Shown here: positions 1-11,848 of the stretch, one piece after another | How the letters are laid out: every line of letters begins with the position of its first letter | Position numbering within the stretch: the stretch's first letter is position 1 | Assembly: GCA_026025075.1 (NCBI GenBank) | Contig: JAPEUI010000034.1 | Coordinates: 124,001-147,642, forward strand | Origin: Vezdaea acicularis | Lineage: Eukaryota | Direction of reading: 5' to 3' | Length of the DNA stretch: 23,642 bases | Notes under the pieces: generated by a model | What the model saw: only the letters and a program-made list of their open reading frames with translations | Databases searched by the model: none | What the model was told of the DNA's origin: nothing | Made by a program: the position numbers and the translations under genes

Positions 1-2
1 AA

Positions 3-2435
3 AAAACTGGCCCCTTTGAGATGATGCTTCAGGAGCTGCAGTCCTTTGAGGACCTCAAAGTAGCATTCATCACCGCCCCCGTACTGCAGCATTTTGATCC
101 CAAGAAGAGGATCTTGATTGAGACGAATGCCTTTGGCTTTGCTATTGCCGGCATCCTCTCACAACCTGCTGACGATGCGCCCAAGGACAGCACGCAACAG
201 CATTGGCATCCCGTCGCCTTCTGGTCAAAGAAGATGGAAGACGCGAAGACCCGCTATGAGACCCATGACGCTGAGCTTCTAGCCATCATCAAGGCGTTCA
301 AGCACTGGCGGCACTACCTCGAGGGTAGTCGCCATACCATTAAGGTCCTGACGGACCACAACAATCTTAAATACTCCATAAGCACGAAGGCGCTCAACAA
401 TCGGCAAGCCCGCTGGGCAGAGACTCTTGCCGCATATGACTTTGAGATTGAGTATCGGCCGGAGAAGAATAACCCCGCCGACGGACCCAGCAGGAGACCT
501 GACTATGGGTCCGATGATAAGGGATTAGGGGCTTCAATGCTGCCTACCCTACAACGCAAGCTTGCCTACCTTGCTAAGAACAAGGGAGGCGTGGAAGCTT
601 ATGTTCGCGTTGTGCGTAGGGCTACCGCTGAAGGTGAGCCCTACTCTTTTCACGGCTGTTTAGCCGGATACCACATGGCGGCCCTGCAGGATCAGCAGGC
701 CGACGCGCACCATGCGGTGAGCTTGCGGGATCAGCAAGCTGGAGTACGACAACGTCCAGACAGTGCTCAGGGCGACCCCATTGAGGTTGAAGAAGACCCC
801 AGTCCGATACCCACTGAGGGAATGTTGGCGGTGAGTACAGGTGTGTCGACGCACCTGGTACCCTGGTTGATGGCAGCAAGTGCTGCTTTGACCGAATTGG
901 CATATGAGGACCCAAGCCCTATCTTGCTCGAGCTGATATCATAGACGCAGAGCGGGAACACCTTAACAGCGGATATCAAGAAGAGTCTAGGGAACGATGA
1001 CAGGACCGTAGCCGGATCGCATCCAGATAAGTGGGGAATCGATAGCAAAAGCCTGTTACAATTTGAAGGCAAGATATATGTGCCACAGGATGCAGCGTTG
1101 AGGGCGGAGATCATAAAGATCCACCACGATGACCCGTATGCGGGACACTTTGGAGCCGCCAGGAAGACGGCTCTGTTGACCCGCAAATACTGCTGGCAAA
1201 CCTTGAGAAAGGAGGCCAGCGACTATGTCCGCGAATGCAACATATGTCAGAGAACCAAAGCACCGCGGCATAAGCTCTACGGGGAGATGCAAGCGCTACC
1301 TTTGCCCAGCAGGCCATGGGAATCAATCACCATGGACCTCATCACAGGGTTGCCGCCCAGCCTAGCTACCGTAGGCGGGGCGGATACGCAAGATGCGGAC
1401 CTCAATGAGGAGACAAGGGCCTACGATGCTATCCTTGTGATAGTCGATTGGTATACAAAGATGGCTATATATATCCCTATCCGTAAGACCCTTGACGCGG
1501 TAGGCCTCGCTGACATCATCTTTGAAAAGGTAATAAGATCCTACGGCACACCGGCGTCAATCGTCACGGACAGGGGAAGCATCTTTACGAGCCAGTATTG
1601 GTCCACCCTCTGCTTCCATATGAAGGTGAAGCGGCGGCTGAGCACTGCCTTCCATCTGCAGATGGACGGACAGACGGAGAGACAGAATCAGACGCTCGAA
1701 CAGTATTTGCGATGCTACGCCAACTACCATCAAGACAATTGGGTGTCACTGTTGTCGACAGCGGAGTTTGCGTATAATAAAAGCAAGCATTCCGCCACCG
1801 GCAAATCGCCGTTCAAAGCCCTGATGAGATATCTACCGCCCGCACCATGGGACATCGAGGACGATGCCCCTAGGGGGAAGGCGCCGGCTGCACGCGAGAG
1901 AATCAAGAGGCTCATAGAAGCCAGAGATGGAATGGCATCCCGATGGGAAGCCGCGAAGGAGGCACAGGCGCGCTATTATAACGCCCATCACAAGCCTCAG
2001 GGGTTTGCCATAGGACAACTTGTCCTGCTATCGTCTTGAAACATAAGAACGAGACGCCCTAACAAGAAGCTGGATCACCGCTGGCTGGAACCGTTTGAGG
2101 TGGAAGCGATCATAGGCAAGCAAGCCTATCGATTGAAGCTGCCAACGACATATAAGGCCATCCATCCGGTGTTCCATGTTTCATGTCTAGAGCCCTATAA
2201 GGGGACCGCCAAGGCTCCGCTAGGGCAACTACCCCTATTGGTAGAAGGCGAAGAAGAACGGATCGTAGAGAAAATCCTTGATGAACAAGGTTCCGGCAAA
2301 GAGAAGCAATATCTAGTACGATGGGAAGAATACCCGCCGTCGGAAGACACTTGGGAGCCTAAGTCAAATCTAAGCAATGCTAAAGAGGCGATAAAGACGT
2401 ATGAAGAGGATAAGAGGCAGCAGCGTCAACGGTAG
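3..2435 (+). pseudogene. pol: pol 3' part: RNase H, integrase (HHCC, DDE, GPY/F), chromodomain; two in-frame stops
   Basis: ORFs 21-944, 1080-2039 and 2100-2435 share one frame, split by TAG (942-944) and TGA (2037-2039). Motifs: HPVAFWSKK, ELLAII..FKHWRHYLEG, TDHNNL, HDDPYAGH..CNIC, MDLITGLP, TDRG, GQTERQN, IHPVFHVS, YLVRWEEY..EDTWEP. Conserved residues are mutated (ETNAF, VDWY, FHLQMDGQ). Confidence 0.93.
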
Positions 2436-2660
2436 CGTGCCACGGGCGCTACGATGGCGGCACTCTTTCTGAGTTTCTCCCACAAAGAGGGTTTTATCAG
2501 ATTTATTGAAGCCTACCAGACCAGGCGCAGGCACGTCACCGGCGGTAGACAAAGGGTTAGAGAAAGCAATGTATTAAGGCAAAGACTAAGCTTTGAAGCA
2601 GCAGAGCTATCTATCCATCCCTTTCCCGCAAAGAATCCTCCATATCTAGCACCATATCAA

Positions 2661-4024
2661 TTAATCCTCCGCCGCATCCTCCACTCCAGCGGCACCACCA
2701 GCATCCTTCCCATGGTCTTCGTCAGTCCCGAAATCAATGTCAGGGCTCGATTCCACTTTAATCTTACCCTTCTTCAGGCGCTTTGCCGCAGGCAGATTGT
2801 TGTCATCACCAGCGTCCAGGAGCTTGCCACGACGCTGAGTGGGCCGCTTGCGGGTAAGCACCTTACCAATATGAGTTACCCCTGAGAGTCGGTAAACTGG
2901 GGGACAGCAGTAGACTTGAAGCGCATTGTCAGAGGCAGGATGACAAGCTTCCTCTCCATCTCCTGCTGGCAATGGGTCTGGAAGAGCTCAAGACCATGCT
3001 GCCGCAGACATACCGTCAGCGGACATACGAGGGCAGCTGGAATAGGCACTTACAGTATACCGCATCATATCATGTACCCCAGCAGCAAAATCCCGCACAT
3101 CCTGCATGAAAACAACCATCCTCTCGTCGGCAGGCAGCTTATTGAACTGCTCATGGTCCGCATGAACGTCTTCAAACCGATTGACAAGGACATCAAGCAC
3201 CTGCTTATCCGGGAATTTGTCGTGTTTCATGGTGTCGAAATGCATTTAAATGTCCCAAAGGACAGGTCAGAGAGCTTGAGGAACCTAGTACCGTCAGCGA
3301 TATCCTAGCGGTACAAAAGGGAGATACTCACCGGATGACATGTTTTGCGCCCAAAGACGCACCAAATGCAGGCCAAAGCCCAAGAACCCACCGCCGGACC
3401 GCACATCTGCTTGGGATCGTCATAGTAGTGCTTGGCGCAGCGGACACAGCAGGGACGAAGAAGACCAGAAGAAGGTTGCATGGAAGCCAGCAAGTTGAAA
3501 AGGTCAGGAGCATCGCACCCCGGCTGAGCCCCTACAGTACGAGGAGCGCCAGCAGCGAGAACCGGATCAGGAAGAGGATCGAGAGGCGAAAGGTCAGCCA
3601 GAGGCGTCATTTCGACAAAGCCAGTTGGAGTAGTTGGCGCAGCAGCAGAAGATGGAGCTGCTTGTATTGCCGGCGAAAAGACAGGGGCAAGATCAGGCCG
3701 ACCAAGGAAACTCATCCGCTTGTCCAAAAGCGAGATAGGAACAATCTCCATACCATGAGGACGCAGACGAGGAAGATAGAAGCGGACGCCGTTAGCTATG
3801 TCTGCCGCCAGAGCTGTAGCAGGGTATGGAAGAACCATTGTTGGAGTAGCAGCCTGCCCAGCACTTGCCGTAGGCTCACCGCCAGAGGCAAGGACAGACG
3901 AAGGAGCCGGACCAGAAGAGAGAAAAGCCAAGACACCAGAGGCAGAGGCAGAAGCCACGTCAGAGAGCCGCAGAAGAAAGCCAGACGGAGAACCCCCGGA
4001 CGTATCGTCCAATGGGGAAGCCAT
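2661..4024 (-). pseudogene. Antisense spliced accessory gene of the retrotransposon; Pro/Ala/Ser-rich N-terminus, Zn2Cys6-like motif, basic NLS-like and acidic C-terminus
   Basis: Exons 4024-3332, 3284-3054, 2998-2661. Introns 3331-3285 (GTGAGT..GCTGAC..TAG) and 3053-2999 (GTAAGT..GCTGAC..CAG), both phase 0. Intron 1 joins ORF 3305-4024 to the frame of ORF 2988-3245. Exon 2 has two stops explicable as C>T; exon 3 needs one frameshift near 2880 to reach the KRP/KRLKK tail. Confidence 0.75.
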
Positions 4025-4539
4025 CGCTGTCTGTATGATCAGAGACAGCGAGAAGCAGAAGGCAGAGAGCGAAGAAGAGACGCCAGCGGCAAGAAGACGG
4101 AGAGAAGACAGGAAGTGTCAGGGCACGAGGTGTCCAGACACTGCAAGGACAAGGCGTCCTGATACGGGTTTATGATGAAAGAGATGCGTGGAGTGATGAA
4201 TAGGAAGGATGGTTGAGAAAGGCGGGAGATCCACGCTTTATGCGGGGCTTCCCTGGCTGCAGAAGTCGCCGATGACGCCTTCTATTCACTTCTTTGAGCT
4301 GCTATACGTCAGTATAGCATGCATACAACGTTCTAGCCGCCTACGAAGCATAGACGGCAAAGACGCAGGGTAGCTCACCTCACTGTTCAACTCACTTCAC
4401 TTCGTCAACTCGCCTCAGTACACCGCTTCACCTCATCTAGGGGATCTACCGAGCAGTCTCACGAGACAGCAGATAGCCGCAAGCGGCATATATGAAGGGT
4501 ACAACCCTAAGATATCTGAGAGGCTCGGGGATGAGCCTT

Positions 4540-4553
4540 AGGAAGAGAGGGGG
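4540..4553 (+). promoter_or_regulatory. Polypurine tract (plus-strand primer)
   Basis: AGGAAGAGAGGGGG, 4 nt before the LTR start TGTAAG at 4558. Confidence 0.88.
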
Positions 4554-4557
4554 CAGT

Positions 4558-5340
4558 TGTAAGACGCCGCAGTAGCTTTTTTGGTGGCCCGCCAGCGGAG
4601 CTAGGTGAGCTAAGCAAGATGAGCGCCGCCTAGGGCCTAGCCCAGGGGCAGAGCTGATCGAGCTCCTTACCTATATATGCCGATGGCATTACCCCGATGG
4701 CTCGTCATCGAATAGTTTCCTACTATATGCTATAGCTAGATTGTACAAAGCTTCATTATATCTATATGGCCCCATTGTATATATATTGCCCCATATAATT
4801 GGGCAAATATCATTATATCCCAAGCATATTATTATATCTAGTTATCGTAGCCCGCGTATGCCTAGTGAGCGTATGCTCCCTTGCCACAAGTAGGACGCAG
4901 ACGTTGTACGCCTGCCACGCTTTCAGGAAAGAAACAAAGCTTGTGTAAGAACGCGGTGGCATCCGCCTAGAGCGCGCCGGCGCGCCCTAGACGGCTGTTC
5001 TTGCTTAGACGCCAGCGGCGCTCAGGGGGCGCTTAGTCAGCACGCCCCTTATATATATATTGAGTCGGGTCCGCTAGGGACGCGGCATCAAATAGTCTTG
5101 ATCTATAGCTAGTTCTTGGAATCTATTCATGTAACCGCAATTCATTCATTATATCACCATACCGCTATATCTATATAGCCTTGTGACATCGCTAGCTACC
5201 GCCGGTGGCCTGTCTACCCCTATAGCCTATTGAACACGCAGTGACACCACAGGCGGGCCGCAAACAGCGCCGGCTTACCACGCTCTCAGAATCAGGGGCA
5301 GCTATCGTGCCCGTCTTTACAGCTCATGCCTACCCTTACA
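4558..5340 (+). repeat. 3' LTR (family A, ~400 bp), interrupted by a solo LTR
   Basis: TGTAAG (4558) and CTTACA (5340) inverted termini. Removing 4944-5326 restores a 3' end colinear with the older copy at 5341-5420. Confidence 0.85.
4944..5321 (+). mobile_element. Solo LTR (family B, 378 bp) nested in LTR A
   Basis: TGTAAGA...TCTTTACA termini. Flanks GCTTG and GCTCA are both one transition from GCTCG (5-bp TSD). Homologous reverse copies at 12297-12938 and 13180-13387. Strand is relative only. Confidence 0.85.
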
Positions 5341-5420
5341 TCTTTGCCGCAAGCAAGATGCAGATGTTATACGCCTATCACGCTTTCAGAAAAAGAGTAG
5401 AGCTTATGTTCATCCTTATA
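5341..5420 (+). repeat. Older degenerate 3' end of a family A LTR
   Basis: Aligns by eye to 4878-4943 plus 5327-5340 with mostly transition differences; ends CCTTATA versus CCTTACA. Confidence 0.8.
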
Positions 5421-5913
5421 TTATCATTGCATCTAGCTTCTATCTACAAGTTTATGAATTTTTAGGAGTTAACCCACACGCTCATAGATTTTTGTCTCTT
5501 AATAAAGCACTGGTTTATCCTTACAAGTCTTTTTTTATCAAGACCTCAAATTGTAAATACAATGCAAGAACCAGTATGTAAATTATTAAAAAAGAATGCT
5601 AATAGTCTAAAATATATATTTGCAGTTTTTTTTTACATGAATACTTGTGATATTAAAAGATTTTGAGCAGATTAAAAAGATAGAAGAAAATGTCTAGAAA
5701 TTGCAATTTTAACATAATATAAGCTAGCTATATGTGTTAAACTGATGAAAATAATTTTATATATAATATTTTATCTTTCATATCAATTCAAATACATTCT
5801 AGATTAAATTAATTAAGTTATGCTTGCTTGCGCTGCTTAACGGAGGATTTTTGGCTGCTTTGCCATTGCAACAATATTATGATGTTAAGCAAGAACCTGG
5901 AAAAGACTTGTAA
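5421..5913 (-). repeat. AT-enriched retroelement relic (internal 3' region, PPT, start of family C LTR); inverted copy of 11469-11955
   Basis: Reverse complement is colinear with 11469-11955 over ~490 bp, with differences mostly C>T/G>A. 5421-5525 matches the end of LTR 12362-12772. Confidence 0.85.
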
Positions 5914-6766
5914 GATCACCATTTTTTTTGATCTTGCCTCTTTCAAAATGAGATAACATAAATATATATCATAATATTACATATCCTTAATTATATCTAT
6001 ACTTTTAATATTTTTTCAAATCAATTAAATCCGAGTAAAATTTAAATCAAACTACAAAATGCTTTAGAGGAGAATCTATTTTCATTGTGAAACAACAAAT
6101 GAGAGTGCTTGTTGCATGTTAGGAAATGGGGTATTTTCCTAACCCTAACCCTGCTGGCTATCCAATGCGCGATGCGCGATTTATTCACCTGTCCGTGGCG
6201 GGGGGTTAGGTTTAAGGGCGGGACGCGGCGGTCGCGCATAAGACGATTAAATCGACAAATATTTACGTAAGCAGCAGAGCGAGAGCCTTGCAGCGCTCTA
6301 TTATTAGCTTAATTCACCACCCAATGATTCTTTAGCGGACCTTTTGTAAGGGAGCTAGTTTGTCAGCCTTCCCCTTATGCTAGTAAATACCCTTAGACTT
6401 GTCTTAACCATTGATTTCCTTCATTCTTGCTCTACAAGAATCCTGCATACCTACGCGCCCGCTAGATAGTCAACAAAAGCCGCCAGTCCCTCATCAGAGT
6501 TCCTGGTAAAATTTTGATGTAGGAGTTTTTTGTTACCTGCGTACGCTCTGCTATCTGCGCAGTGTTATTATGTGATGTGAGCTGTGTACTGCAGCCTAAG
6601 TCACGACTTTTAGAAGGTCTTATGTTAGTTCCACATTGTCAGTGTTCAAATTAGATTTAACACTAGGTTCTTTATGATATTGTCAAATTGGCATATTATT
6701 TCGTTGCAGCGCTTTGAAGACAAAACCATTTAACAAATACTAGGTTCACAGCATTTCTGTGTCACT

Positions 6767-9700
6767 ATGAATCGCCAGGCTGAGAAACTCGAGTCTCTTC
6801 AAGAGCTTCTTAAAGATACCAATATATCCTATCTAAAGGACTTGACAGCTCCCGAGCATCCGCAAGTAGAGTAAGTGTGCTATCTCCATCAAAATTGATA
6901 TAACTAATCATAGATATGTCGCCAGCCTTGTTGCGGTGCATGGCCTGAGAATACCATTCAATATTCCGCCTTGGAAAGATGAGCATGCATTTGGCGTCAA
7001 GACCTGGGTTGCTGGAAAGCCAAATAAGGAGGTACTATGGCTCAAAGATCTCCTTCCTGATAGGATTGAGAACGCAAGAGTACTCCTCTTTGGCTACAAT
7101 TCAAATGTTGGCCTGGACACAAGCACTGCAGGTGTTAGCGGTGCGGCAGAGAACTTGCTGGCAAAACTGAAGAACAAAAGACAGGTACTCTCTGTTAACA
7201 ATCTCACTTATTGTGGACGCCGTATTGACAAAAAGACAGGAGGACCCCAATAGGCCCATCATGTTTATTTGTCATAGCTTAGGCGGCATCGTGGTGAAAC
7301 GAGTTAGCATTTATCATTTCAGGCTTGGAGTTGTGCACAGCTAAAGCATATCTTCAGGCTATATCGAAAGCGAGGAGCAGTTTACAGTATCAAGAACTTT
7401 ACAAGCATGTACAAGCTATTGCTTTCTTTGCAACTCCTCATCGGGGTGGACTAGCGGCAAGGCCTGGGTAAGTTTTGATATCTCAACATCTTCCTCACTT
7501 TGACTTAATAGCAAGTAGCCAGGTAATCGCTGGTGCCTTAAGGCGTCTCACGGGGAATTTACGAAACTCCATATTGGAGGCTTTACGCGATGATTCTCTA
7601 ATCTCCTCTGACATTCATAAAGACTTCTTGGATTCATTAAGCGATGCCAAAATTCGTACCTGCAGCTTTTACGAAGCGAGAGCTATGCCAGGGCTAAATC
7701 GATTAGTAAGTTACCTTCAGGTTGAAGAGAATTCATACCTAATTTTTGTCAGGTGGTTGACCAGTACTCAGCTATACTCGGTCTTCCATTCCCGCAAGAA
7801 GCGACATATCAGGTTCCAGAATCGGACCATTCAACAATATGCAAATTTGAAGCCAAGACACAGAACTATAACGATGTTATCGAACAGATATCAGATTTAG
7901 TAGATTGGACCATCAATTCACCTGTTCTGTCCAATAAAACTAATACAGTGCTGCGCCCACCTCTCTTGCGCTCATTTTCCGATACAAGCTCTGTTACGGA
8001 CTCTCACATAGATGCCACCGATTCGCAGACCTCTATTTCTACCCTTCTGTCACCTTTTCGTATCTTCTCTAGAGCAGTCTCACCAAAACTTAGAGATGGA
8101 CCGTTTTATTTACTACCGGATACCACTAGCTTCAAGTTTACAGGCCGAGAGTTTATTATGACCCTTATCCGGGAGAACTTAAGTCTCAGTTACAATCAGC
8201 AGACAAGATTGGCGTTATACGGCTTAGGTGGTGTGGGTAAAACTCAAATTGCCCTCGAAGTTGCCTCGTGGTACAGGCAGGAGTATCCGCAACGCTCAAT
8301 ATTCTGGGTTCGCGCCGGAAGCACCACACTGTTTATGCAGTCTTTAAAAGACATCGCCACCATTTGCAACTTGGTTAGGCCGGGGGATGCCGCAACAAAC
8401 TGGCTCGATGAAGTGCAGCACTTTCTACTTGATGAAGATAATGGGAAATGGTTAATGATAATTGACAATGCTGACAATGCTGATACTTTCAGCAATACAA
8501 CTCAGTCTTCTCGCAACACCGAGCATAACTCTAAAGGCCCGCGGAGGGTTCCTCTTATCGCTTACATACCAAGGTGTGCTAACGGGCAAATCTTATTCAC
8601 GACAAACAGTAAGGCAGTTGCAGGACAGCTGACCACGCAGGGCCAGATGATTGAGGTACTACCCATGGACCAACACGACTCTTTGAACCTACTTAGGAGA
8701 CATCTCGACGAAACCATTTACCTATCCGTCAACCCTCCAAGCTATCAAAAGGAGGTCCCCGAAGAGCAAGATTTGAAAAAACTTTGTGGGCATCTTGGTT
8801 ATCTGCCGTTAGCATTGGCTCAAGCTGCAGTATATATACGCCAGCAGAGTCTGACCGTCAATGAGTATATAAAATTGCTCGAGCTTAACGATTCCAGCCT
8901 ATCAGATCTGCTCGAGTATGACTCTCAAGCATCGGCGTTAGATGACCATCTTTCCAAAGCGGTTGCAAATACTTGGAAAGTGGCATTTGATCAAATCGAC
9001 TCTAGATGGCCAGCAGCAACTGCCCTACTTTCGCTCATGGCATTCCTCGATTCACAGAGCATTCCCAAATTCTTGCTGAGAAAATTTGAGCCCGATGAAA
9101 GGCAGCTTACTGCAATAGCTTTGGGGACTCTTCAGGGATATTCTCTTGTAAATGTTGAGCCTGCGACTGAAACAGTCAATATACACAAATTGATACAGCT
9201 CGCAGTGAGGAAACGCCTCTCCTCTGACGGTTCTGCTGCCAAGTGGGCCAGCAAAGCGTTGAAACTCCTTGTCGAAACATTTCCCAACGGAGATTGGGAG
9301 ACCGATGCTGCTCTATTTCCACACGCTTTACAAGTTCTAACAAATGATTACTCCAAATCCTCCAACGAGGACAAAATAATGATTGCCACGCTAGCTTCAA
9401 GAGTCAGCTTGTACTATTTCAATCAATTCAACTTTACAGAAGCGGAGAACCTCAGTCAGCAATCATGGGAACATATACAGTTAGTATCCAATCCACCCGA
9501 AGAACTTATCCTAAACATCAAGGCTGTCTGGTCCTTAGCCTTTCGAGGTATGGATCATTTGCAGAAGGCGGAGAAGCTTGCGAAAGAGGTTCTATCAGGA
9601 CGCAAGAAGCTGCTCGGCAAAACTCACGTAGATACATTAGAAATTTGCAATATCCTAACGAGGATCCATCAAGATCGAGGGGACTTCAAATTGGCTGCCG

Positions 9701-10767
9701 GGATAGTAAGTCGGACGCTTAAGAGTCTGCAGAGTATAGAGAGTCTTGATGCAAAGGACATCAGAATTCAGAATGCAAAGGAACAGCTTGGCGTTCTCTT
9801 GCGCTTTCTCGGTGATTTCAACGACTCCGAGACGCTCTTACGTGAGGCCTTTGACGGCTATACGAAGGCACTAGGCAGCAAGAATCCGCGGACGCTAAAG
9901 GCAAATCGTAATTTGGCCGCCACTCTTTATTGCAAGGCGAAATACTCCGAGTCCGAGAAGATTGCTAGAGAGACGTGGGCAAATCAAAAACAAACGATTG
10001 GGGAAAATCATCCTGATTGTGTCATAACGCTACTGTTAATTGCGGACAACTTACAAGCGCAAGAGAACGTTGAGCTTGCATTAGCCTCCAAGCGAAAGAT
10101 CTATCAAAAAGCCATCGACAAATTCGGTAATCGGCACAGATACTCTCTACTTGCTGCTGCAAGTTTGGCGTCATGTCTTGTTGCTTCTTATTTGGCTCAC
10201 AATAGCAAAAAATCCCCAATACTCCTCCACGAAGCCGAAACCCTCTATAGACACGTTGCCGAGATTCTAACTACCCGGATACGTCTTAATCACCCAGAAG
10301 CACTAGCCGCGCAGACGGGGATAGCATGTGTGTTGGCCCAGTCTGACAGGCTCCAAGGTGCGGAGAAAATCCAACGCAAGGCGCTGCAGGAGCTGGAGAG
10401 CAGCCTGGGCAAAGAACACCCGTTAACGCTTGCTGCACATGAAAATCTGGTACGTATTTTGTGGGCGCAGGCGGCTACGAAAGGAAAGGTAAAGGAGGCA
10501 CGGAAGCGGGCGCTGAAAGTACTTGAGCTGCGGGAGAAGAAACTAGGTTATGCGCATATAGATACAAGGAAGATTGCGGTGCTAATAATTGAGATGAGTC
10601 CTGACGAGAGGGGAACAGAGAACTTGAAGAAAAAGATAAGGGAAAATGAATACGTAGACAGCGGTAAAGAAAGAATCGGATCAGAGGAGAGTGGGTGGGT
10701 GGACAAGGGGGAGGGGCTAGGAGAGCAGGTGGTTGAGAGCGGAAAGTACAAGGTGGATTGGAAATAA
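6767..10767 (+). CDS. Fungal NLR: SesB-like alpha/beta hydrolase, NB-ARC, TPR repeats (~1245 aa, 6 exons)
   Basis: Exons 6767-6870, 6926-7184, 7240-7302, 7358-7467, 7519-7705, 7753-10767 joined by GT-AG introns give 3738 nt in frame. Motifs: DLVAVHGL, WLKDLLP, ARVLLFGYNS, ICHSLGG, FFATPHRG, DHSTICKF; Walker A GLGGVGKT; Walker B LMIIDNAD; GYLPLALAQAA; TPR turns LGKTH, IGENHP, LGKEHPLTL. Confidence 0.92.
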
Positions 10768-11468
10768 GCTGGTCTATTGGCCTGGAGCAAGAGCTTTATC
10801 GTCTTGGAAGCGATGTGTCTGGGAATGTATGGCGTCTTCTGGAGTAAGACAGCCTTACACATCACGAGAGGATGACCAAAAGGGTCTGCACCATGCCCAA
10901 ACCATCGCAAGCAAATCTGATTTCCTACTACAAAAATAATTCAATAAAGTCAATCGAATTAGAGCAAAATTGATTGTCGAATATTGGTAGGTCGTTCGTT
11001 TAACCATTCCACCGACTAACGTGGCAGGTTTTGTGGACCGTTCCGCACGAGTTTGACCTTATGCCACTCATACATCAAAGAGCAACGATCATTGGAAGGT
11101 TCTCGCAAAGGGTCATCTGGCTAGGTTTGCCAAAGAAGGTATCGTAGGTTATAGATCAAGGTCCGAGCTCGTGGGAGTGGCTATAGAACTTTGCAGTCGA
11201 GTTACTCAAAAACCTCAAGAAAACGGAGGAGCACTACCAACTTTCAACTCTTAAATCTTGTTATTAGTTTGTGAAACATCGAAGAACGCTCAAAGCCCAT
11301 TTGACGGGAGTTCTGGACAGGTTTCGGTGCGTATGCAAGACTTCTGACAACAGCCTCATAGATCGTTATGTCCCATGGGTTATTGTGTCCTCGCAATGCT
11401 GTACCCGGATGTTCTAGTTCGCCAGTAACTTGACGTGGAGGAAAATTAACTTAAGTTAATCTTATTAA

Positions 11469-11848
11469 TTACTAGTCTTCCCCGGATTCTCGCTTAACAC
11501 CGCAACATCGCCGCAACGGCGGGGCAGCTAAAAATCCCCCATTAAGCAGCGCGAGCGAGCATAGCTTAACCAATTTAATCTAGAATGCGTTAAAATTGAT
11601 ATGAGAGATAGAATACTATGTAAAGAACCATATTTGGCACATCTAGCTAGCTTATGTAATGCCAAAGTTGCGATTTCTAGCCATTTTCTCCTACCCCCTT
11701 AATCTACTCAAGATCTTCTTATACCATGAGTATTCATGAGAAAGAGGACTGCAAATGTATGTTCCAGGCTGCTAGTACCCTCTTCTAATGACTTTTGCAC
11801 TGGCTCTTGCATCGGACTTGCGATTTGCGGCCTTGATAAGAGGAGATT
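11469..11848 (+). repeat. Retroelement internal 3' relic ending in a PPT-like tract; inverted copy of 5526-5913
   Basis: Colinear with the reverse complement of the left arm; GATAAGAGGAGA directly precedes TGTAAGG at 11849. Confidence 0.75.

Larger units (their letters stand above)
1..5340 (+). mobile_element. Ty3/Gypsy chromovirus LTR retrotransposon, 3' portion (5' part outside window)
   Basis: RNase H, integrase, chromodomain order, then polypurine tract and a TGTAAG...CTTACA-bounded LTR. Confidence 0.95.

Noticed and set aside
3335..4175. Arg-rich plus-strand ORFs (275 aa, 125 aa) as an env-like or extra gene
   Set aside because: They are shadows of the minus-strand gene, which has the splice signals and Cys motif; no TM segment or recognisable domain.
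5520..5914. 14-bp inverted repeat CTTACAAGTCTTTT as MITE TIRs
   Set aside because: It overlaps the PPT/LTR junction, is low complexity and is poorly preserved in the less-mutated copy at 11469-11855.
11445..11460. Perfect 16-bp palindrome ATTAACTTAAGTTAAT
   Set aside because: AT-rich and single; it sits at a repeat edge but has no other support for function.
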